Of a stretch of DNA of 43,523 bases, positions 37,134-43,523 are shown in pieces (position 1 is the first letter of the stretch; each line of letters opens with the position of its first letter). The translations under genes were made by a program, and so were the position numbers. Where the stretch lies: contig JBBRLJ010000043.1 in NCBI GenBank assembly GCA_038231435.1, forward strand, positions 1 to 43,523, given 5' to 3'. The notes under the pieces are model-generated. The model ran no database searches, was not told the origin of the DNA, and worked only from the letters and a program-made list of their open reading frames with translations. The DNA is from Planctomycetota bacterium. GTDB lineage: Bacteria > Planctomycetota > UBA11346.

Positions 37134-37985
37134 ATGCCCGCGCGCATCCTGGTGGTGACCAAGACCCCGCTCGCCGAACGCCTCGGCGCCGAGGATCTCG
37201 AGCGTCTGCGCAGTAGCGGAGTACTGGAATCGCGCCGCCTCCAGGCCGCGGCATCGCATCACCACGACGCGCTGGTCGCGGTGCGCCGCGCGTTCGCCGG
37301 AGAGACGCTCATCGAGCGCGCGGTCGAGCAGGTGGTGCGCGCGGATGCGGCCGGCGTCGACCTGGTGGTCACCGTCGGCGGCGACGGCACGGTGTTCACC
37401 GCCAACGCGCTCGACGTGCCGGTCCCCTACCTGACCGTGAATTCGGATCCCGAGAGTTCGATCGGCCATTTCGCTCGTGCCCGCGCCGATACCGTCGGCG
37501 CGTTGGTGGCGCGCTGGCGCACCGGCGGCGCGAAGCTCGAGGAGGTTCCGCGCCTCTCGGTGCGGGTGGGCACGAACACCTGGCAGGTGCTCAACGACTG
37601 CCTGTTTTCGAGCCATAATCCCGCCGCGATGACGCGCTATCTGCTCGAATGTGATGGCCGGCGCGAGCACCAGCGCTCGAGCGGAGTCTGGGTCGCGACC
37701 GCCGCCGGCTCGACCGCCGCCATCCATAGCGCTGGGGCCGAACCGGTTCCGCCCCACCTCCCGGCATTGCTGTTCCGTGTGCGCGAGCCTTTCCAGCCGA
37801 GCCGCGACCAGGAGGTCGCATCCATCCTGGCCGACTCCCAACTGCCGCCGCGCGGCTTGCGCCTGACTCCGGCGGTTCCTGGAATCTCGCTCTATATCGA
37901 CGGGCCGAACATCACCGTTCCGCTGCCGGCGGGCATCACCGCGGAGTTCTCCGCCTCGCCGGTGCCTTTGCGCCTGGTGGTGTGA
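37134..37985 (+). CDS. NAD kinase-family protein
   Basis: VGGDGT, VLND, SSGVWVATAAGSTA. Confidence 0.85.
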   Translation: MPARILVVTKTPLAERLGAEDLERLRSSGVLESRRLQAAASHHHDALVAVRRAFAGETLIERAVEQVVRADAAGVDLVVTVGGDGTVFTANALDVPVPYLTVNSDPESSIGHFARARADTVGALVARWRTGGAKLEEVPRLSVRVGTNTWQVLNDCLFSSHNPAAMTRYLLECDGRREHQRSSGVWVATAAGSTAAIHSAGAEPVPPHLPALLFRVREPFQPSRDQEVASILADSQLPPRGLRLTPAVPGISLYIDGPNITVPLPAGITAEFSASPVPLRLVV

Positions 37986-38019
37986 CCGGTCTGGAGCAAC
38001 ACGCGCGGCTCCAGACTGT

Positions 38020-39321
38020 TCAGGCTGTCGCGGGAGCCGCAACCGCGGTGGACGAGCGACCCAGCGCCATCACACGCGGGATCAGCACCGCCTGCAGGAG
38101 CAGAGCCGCCAGCGCGCAGCTGGCGCAGTAGACGCCGAGCGCGGCGAGCTGCGCGGCCGCCGCGTCCGCGCCGGGCGCGAGCCTCACGGACAACGCGTCG
38201 ATGAGCAGGCCAGCGAGCAGCGGGCTGATGGTGTTGCCGATACCCAGGCACGCTTCGTGGAAGCTGGCGGCGCGCGCTGCGCCGTCTGGCAGCCGCATGC
38301 TGTAGTAGATGCTGCCGGTATAGGCGGCTCCATAACCGATGCCCATCACCGCGGCGCAGGCAGCGATCCAGATGGCGGGGGCGCTCGGCGTGAAACCGAT
38401 CACCACCACGCCTGCCGAACCCACCAGCATCCCCAGCTGCAGCAGCCACGGCCGCCACGGCCGGAAGGTCCAGCCGCCCCAGGAACCCAACAGCACGAAC
38501 ATGGAAATGTAGCCGGCGGCATAGCAGCCGAGGGCCACGCAGGTCAGCGTGTGGGCGGAGCCGCCCACGCGCGCGGTGAGCGAGCGCTCGAGGAGCGCGA
38601 TGAATGCCATGCCCATCATGCTCGCCACCAGCACCACCACGCGGCACATCGGGATCAGGATGCCGAGCGCCGGATGGGATCCTCGATCTCCCTGCTGTGC
38701 AGGCATCGTGGCGGGCATGCCCAGTCTGGGCCGTAGCACCGCGAGCACGATCAGGCAGGCGACGACGCCCACCGCGTATCCGTACGCCGGCGGGATGCCC
38801 GCGATCATGAATGCGAAGATGAAGGCGGAGAAATTGCCGCTCGACCAGCCCAGATTGTAGCGGCTGACCTTGGTATGCAGGGGCATGGGCGCGCTTCCCG
38901 CGCGCTCTCCTTCCGCATCGGAGAACAGTCCCGCGCACCCAGGAAAGAAAAAGGCCGAGCCCACGAACGTGGCGATGACCGCGACCGCAGCCGACGACGA
39001 CGACGGCCGAGCGCAAGCGAACGAGAGAGCGACCAGGGCGATCGACATGCCAAGGAAACTGGTCTTGGCCCGTCCCCAGCGGTCGGCCATGATGCCGGCG
39101 ACCGCCACTGGGCCCGCGTAGCCCAGGCAGGCCATGGTCATCACCAGGCCGATCCGGGCGGCCGTCCAATGATCGGCGTTCCACATCTGGGTGCCCAGGC
39201 TCACCGACAGATAGAGGCAGAAGCCGACCAGGGCGTTCAGCGATTGCAGGACCAGGATCGATGGCGGCTTCACAACGATGTCGTGGCCAACGAGAAGCCC
39301 CTCCAGCCGGGAATCAACCAC
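38020..39321 (-). CDS. MFS transporter
   Basis: GIMADRWGR motif A; about 12 TM helices. Confidence 0.85.
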   Translation of the reverse strand: MVDSRLEGLLVGHDIVVKPPSILVLQSLNALVGFCLYLSVSLGTQMWNADHWTAARIGLVMTMACLGYAGPVAVAGIMADRWGRAKTSFLGMSIALVALSFACARPSSSSAAVAVIATFVGSAFFFPGCAGLFSDAEGERAGSAPMPLHTKVSRYNLGWSSGNFSAFIFAFMIAGIPPAYGYAVGVVACLIVLAVLRPRLGMPATMPAQQGDRGSHPALGILIPMCRVVVLVASMMGMAFIALLERSLTARVGGSAHTLTCVALGCYAAGYISMFVLLGSWGGWTFRPWRPWLLQLGMLVGSAGVVVIGFTPSAPAIWIAACAAVMGIGYGAAYTGSIYYSMRLPDGAARAASFHEACLGIGNTISPLLAGLLIDALSVRLAPGADAAAAQLAALGVYCASCALAALLLQAVLIPRVMALGRSSTAVAAPATA

Positions 39322-39477
39322 TGCCTGCCGGGCGGGAGGGGTGCAGCCGTATTATGGCAATGGTCGGAACCCGCTCGGACCTGGCCGAGCGGGTGAGACA
39401 CCGTGTGAAAACCCAACCCCGCCATTGGCTTGGATCGGTCTTGTGCCGGGTGGACGGGTGCTTCAAGTAGAGACTTC

Positions 39478-40242
39478 ATGATCCAGGGCCTGATCAGCGA
39501 CATCCATGGCAACCTCTCGGCCCTCAAAGCCGTGATCGCCGATATGGAAAGCAAGGGCGCCGAGCGCGTGATCTGCCTGGGGGATGTGGTCGGCTACGGC
39601 CCCTATCCCGGCGAATGCCTCGATCTGGTCCGCCGCTGCGGCGCGGTGCTGATGGGCAATCACGAGGAAGCCCTGCTCTTCGGCGCCGAGAACTTCAATC
39701 CGCGCGCCAAGCGCGCCATCGATTGGACCCGCGACCATCTGAAGACCGCCGGCGACGAAGAGACGCGCAAGCATCGCTGGGACATCCTGCAGAATCTCCA
39801 GCTGCACGCCCAGGAAGGCGACTTCCTCTTCACCCACGCCAGCCCGCGCCAGCCTACCCGTGAATACGTGATGCCGAAGGACTGCAAGAACGGTCCGAAG
39901 ATGACCGAGATCTTCGCGCTCATCCCGCATGTGTGCTTCGTCGGGCATACGCATATCCCCGGGGTATTCCTCGAAGATCAGACGTTCATCCCCCCCAACA
40001 TGCTGTGGGGCCAGACCTATTTCATCGAGCGCGGCGAGAAGGCGCTCATCAACATCGGTTCCGTCGGCCAACCGCGCGACGGCGACCAGCGCGCCTCGTA
40101 CGTGCTGCTCGATGACGACGCCAGCGCGCCGCGCGCGATCTTCCGGCGCGTCGAGTACGACGTCGAGCACACCGCGAAGGCGATCGAGGCGAATCCGTAC
40201 CTCGACAACTACCTGGCCGAACGCCTCCGCCAAGGCCGCTGA
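39478..40242 (+). CDS. Calcineurin-like metallophosphoesterase
   Basis: SDIHGN, LGDVVGYG, GNHE, GHTH, NIGSVGQPRDG. Confidence 0.92.
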   Translation: MIQGLISDIHGNLSALKAVIADMESKGAERVICLGDVVGYGPYPGECLDLVRRCGAVLMGNHEEALLFGAENFNPRAKRAIDWTRDHLKTAGDEETRKHRWDILQNLQLHAQEGDFLFTHASPRQPTREYVMPKDCKNGPKMTEIFALIPHVCFVGHTHIPGVFLEDQTFIPPNMLWGQTYFIERGEKALINIGSVGQPRDGDQRASYVLLDDDASAPRAIFRRVEYDVEHTAKAIEANPYLDNYLAERLRQGR

Positions 40243-40439
40243 GCGGCCGCGTCTCGCGACGGTTCCGGAATATGTGGTGGTGAAAGAGGTGGTGAAATCG
40301 CCGGAGCGGACGCGTCGCGGTGTGTCATTGAGGGCGTGAAAGCCGCCTTCGGACGCGGGAAAATGCGCCAGCTTCGCTATTCCGGCGCCCGCACGTGCAG
40401 TTGCGCCGTCCCGTCCGCCACCGTAAGGTCTGCGTGCTC

Positions 40440-42380
40440 ATGGATGATCGCTCGAAACCTCCGCGGAGCGGGCACAAACCCGCCGCCGGCCTCGGCGTGC
40501 GCGGTGCGAGCCCGCTGTCCCAGACGGTACGCGATCGGCTCCTCGCCGACCCGGTATGGGCGTTCTTCGCGCAGAACGGCAAGTGGATCTGCCCCTTCTG
40601 CCTGAGCGCGGTGGTCAAGCGCCAGGGCCGCACGCGCGAGGATTCGATCGCCCTGCACCTCGAGGGCTGCCGGTCGTACAGCGCCGGCCGCGGCCAGGCG
40701 CAGAACCAGACCGTCGTCTCGGAGCGCATGCACTTCGAGAACATGACCTTCCAGGCGGAGAACAATCCGTCGTGGCGGGTCTACGACCACGAGGGCGTGT
40801 GGTTCTGTCCCTCGTGCCTCGATCGCATTCTCGCCGTCAGGTTGCAGGGTGGACAGCTGAACAATTTCGTCTTCCAGGCGATGGCCGGGCATCTGCGCGT
40901 GTGCGCGTCGTACCGCCAGGGCGTGGTCTATTCCGCGGAAGACATCCAGCGTGCCCGCGATCTCGCCGCCCGCGCTCCGGGACTCGCGCAGGTGGTGGCC
41001 ACGCAGCTGCAGTTCTCGGTGTGGCGCTACACCGATCGCGCGGGCCAGTGGGTCTGCCCGTGCTGCCTCGCGCACATCCCCGAGATCGTCATCACCAATC
41101 CCGCGGATTGGCAGTTTGCGGCCGATCCGATCAGCAAGCATCTGCTGCTGCGCTGCCCGGCGTTCACTCCGGAACGCCTCGAGACCCAGGCCGAGGCCGT
41201 GGTGCAGCAGGCCGCCGGCGCCACCACGCCCACGCCGCCGGGCATGCCGGCCACCAATACCCCCACCCACGCGACCAAGGTCAACCAGCCGAGCCTGCCG
41301 CAACGCCAAGGCTCGCGCATGCCCCCGGTCGCGCGGCCCGCCTCGGGATCCCAGCCGGTGGTGCCGCCGGCCACCGACCAGGTCCGCCAGAATCCCCTGC
41401 GCACCCAACGCTCGGTCTCTTCGGTGAACTTGCCGCCGGTGGTGGCGCAACAGGCGCCGCCGATCTCGCCGGCTCCTGTGCGGCCCGCCGAAGCCCCCGC
41501 GGCCCTGTTCGGCGATCTCGGCAAGGCCGACCCCCTCGCCGGCACTTCGCTCGACAAGGTGTCGTCGGATCGCATCAAGAATTCGCGCGACATCCAGATC
41601 GGGGAGTGGGGGGATGACGACGCGGTCAAGGAGCCCACGCCGCACAGCCGCACCGATGTGATCCACGCTCGCAACCTGCAGAAGAACATGTTCGCGCAGT
41701 CGCCCGAGTTGCCGGGCTTCAAGTTCGCCACCCGCTACGAGGCGTGCTCGGACATCACCGGCGACTTCTACGAGTTCATCACCCTCGCCGATGGCCGCAT
41801 CGGCTTCGCCCTCGGCGACGTCAGCGGCCACGGCGTGCAGGCCGGCCTGATCATGTCGATGGCCAAGAAGACCCTCGAGATCTACGCCTCGCTCGGCGCA
41901 GGCCCGGCGGAAACCCTCGCCAAGGTCAACGACGCGCTGACCCGCGATCTCGGCGGCAAGATGTTCATCTCGATGATCTACGGCATCCTCTCGCCCGAGC
42001 ACCAGAGCATCACCTGGGCGCGCGCGGGCGGCACGCCAGCGCTGCGCTACAACGCCGGCAAGAACGACATCATCGAGGTGAAACCGAAGGGCATGGTGCT
42101 GGGCATGAAGGCCGGGCAGATCTTCCGCCAGAGCCTGCAGGAAGAGACCACCCAGCTCGATCCAGGCGACATCTTCCTGCTCTACACCGACGGCATCAGC
42201 GAGACCATGAATGCCGACCAGGAGGAGTACGGCACCGAACGCCTCAACGAGGTGCTCAAGCGCCACGCCGCCGAAGGCCCCGAATCCCTGCTCGCCCATG
42301 TCATGGAACGGATCAAGGAATTCCGCGGCGCCCTCCCGGTGAGCGACGATCTGACCATGCTCGCATTGTCGGTCGAATGA
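40440..42380 (+). CDS. SpoIIE/RsbU-like PP2C phosphatase with N-terminal triple Cys/His repeat
   Basis: C-terminal GDFY, GDVSGHG, YTDGISE, DDLT; N-terminal three GxWxCPxCL...HLxxC repeats; Pro-rich linker. Confidence 0.88.
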   Translation: MDDRSKPPRSGHKPAAGLGVRGASPLSQTVRDRLLADPVWAFFAQNGKWICPFCLSAVVKRQGRTREDSIALHLEGCRSYSAGRGQAQNQTVVSERMHFENMTFQAENNPSWRVYDHEGVWFCPSCLDRILAVRLQGGQLNNFVFQAMAGHLRVCASYRQGVVYSAEDIQRARDLAARAPGLAQVVATQLQFSVWRYTDRAGQWVCPCCLAHIPEIVITNPADWQFAADPISKHLLLRCPAFTPERLETQAEAVVQQAAGATTPTPPGMPATNTPTHATKVNQPSLPQRQGSRMPPVARPASGSQPVVPPATDQVRQNPLRTQRSVSSVNLPPVVAQQAPPISPAPVRPAEAPAALFGDLGKADPLAGTSLDKVSSDRIKNSRDIQIGEWGDDDAVKEPTPHSRTDVIHARNLQKNMFAQSPELPGFKFATRYEACSDITGDFYEFITLADGRIGFALGDVSGHGVQAGLIMSMAKKTLEIYASLGAGPAETLAKVNDALTRDLGGKMFISMIYGILSPEHQSITWARAGGTPALRYNAGKNDIIEVKPKGMVLGMKAGQIFRQSLQEETTQLDPGDIFLLYTDGISETMNADQEEYGTERLNEVLKRHAAEGPESLLAHVMERIKEFRGALPVSDDLTMLALSVE

Positions 42381-42435
42381 GGAATCCCACGACTCGTTCG
42401 GCGTTCTCGAGCGACCTCCGTTGCGGAGGTCGTTG

Positions 42436-43164
42436 ATGCGACTTCAGATGGCCGCCCTGACCAACAAGGGCAGGGTACGCGAGAACAACGAGGATTCGGT
42501 GTATTTCGATGTCCGCGATCGCGTGGCGATCGTCTGCGACGGGATGGGCGGGCATGCTGGCGGTCACATCGCCAGCGAGCTTGCGGTGCAGGTGATCTCC
42601 AATGGCCTGCGCCAGCTGAAACAGGGCGACTGGGGCGACGAGGACAAGGTCGTCGAAGCCATGAAGCTGTCGGTGTTCGGCGCCAACGACCACATCCTCA
42701 GCCGCGCCCGCCTCGATCCGTCGCTCTTTGACATGGGCACCACCGTGGTGGCGTGCGCCTTCATGGATGACCGGGTCATCACCGCCAATGTCGGGGACAG
42801 CCGGATCTACCGCATCGCCGGCGCCGGCATCGAACAGGTCTCCACCGATCACAGCCTGGTCGCCGAGCGCGTACGTGCCGGGCTCCTCGACCCGAACAGC
42901 GAGGAGGCCGCGCTGCTCGCGAACATCGTCACCCGCGCGCTCGGTATGGACCAGATCACCGTCGACATCACCATCGAGGACCTGCGCCCAGGTGACGTCT
43001 ACCTGCTGTGCAGCGACGGGCTATGCGACATGGTCGCCGACCAGGAGATGCTGCAGCTGGTGGGTTCGGCCGCGAACCTCGAGCTCGCCTGCCTGGCGCT
43101 GGTGGATCTCGCGAACGAACGCGGCGGAGTCGACAACATCACGGTGGCGCTCATCAAGGCTTGA
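42436..43164 (+). CDS. PP2C-family Ser/Thr phosphatase (PrpC/Stp-like)
   Basis: GRVRENNED, VCDGMGGH, MGTT, NVGDSR, LLCSDGL, GGVDNIT. Confidence 0.93.
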   Translation: MRLQMAALTNKGRVRENNEDSVYFDVRDRVAIVCDGMGGHAGGHIASELAVQVISNGLRQLKQGDWGDEDKVVEAMKLSVFGANDHILSRARLDPSLFDMGTTVVACAFMDDRVITANVGDSRIYRIAGAGIEQVSTDHSLVAERVRAGLLDPNSEEAALLANIVTRALGMDQITVDITIEDLRPGDVYLLCSDGLCDMVADQEMLQLVGSAANLELACLALVDLANERGGVDNITVALIKA

Positions 43165-43168
43165 TCTT

Positions 43169-43273
43169 CTGGGGGCTCCGCCCCCAGGCCCCCACGACCT
43201 TTGTCGCCCTTCTTTTTCGCCGCCGGGCGGCGAAAAAGTTTGCGTGATGGGCTGCGCCCATTATTCACGCAAA
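43169..43273. repeat. Cluster of palindromes (REP-like element and/or terminator)
   Basis: CTGGGGG-CTCCG-CCCCCAG; CTTTTTCGCCGCC-G-GGCGGCGAAAAAG (43212-43238); TTTGCGTGA..TGGGC-TGC-GCCCA..TCACGCAAA. Confidence 0.55.
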
Positions 43274-43363
43274 CCAGGGCTCGGCGTTCGGCGGCTAGGC
43301 CGCGGTTAGAATGGAGCTGCGCCCCGGTCATGATCGACGGGGGACCCATCGCTCTGCGATGGG

Positions 43364-43523
43364 GCGGGCGCCGAGGGGCGGTCGGCGGATAGAATGGCCG
43401 TAGGCCATCCGCCGACGATTTCGCAGCGTAGCGGAGAAATCTAGCCCCGACAACGCCCGTGGGGTAGGCCGATGGCCGTAGGGGCGAAGCCCCTGACTAA
43501 ACAGCGGGCGCCGAGGGGCGGTC
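43364..43523 (+). repeat. 20-bp direct repeat, 140-bp period (cut by window end)
   Basis: GCGGGCGCCGAGGGGCGGTC at 43364-43383 and 43504-43523. Confidence 0.6.

Overview
GC-rich bacterial chromosome segment. The Ser/Thr kinases with LRR and FHA domains, the HEAT-repeat protein and the secreted glycosidases suggest a Planctomycetota-like host (inference). Most of the window is core or housekeeping genes: clpP-clpX, yggS, hisC-dxr-NAD kinase, mprF, MFS transporters, a GntR regulator and a phosphatase cluster. The left edge holds the end of an IS3-family element and a BrnT/BrnA-like toxin-antitoxin pair. The stand-out feature is a ~5.25 kb element (18468-23737) bounded by an 18-bp direct repeat. 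The left copy is part of a complete XerC/XerD dif-like site, and the right copy keeps the XerC arm but has a degenerate XerD arm. The element encodes an HUH rolling-circle Rep whose 3' end runs through the dif site, a small CxxC ORF and a divergent XRE repressor. Its cargo is an integron-type array: a putative attI, two intact attC sites, two damaged attC sites and four AT-rich genes. No integrase or virion genes are visible in it. It looks like a dif-integrating rolling-circle element (IMEX-like) carrying integron cassettes. All calls come from reading the sequence; no database searches were run.
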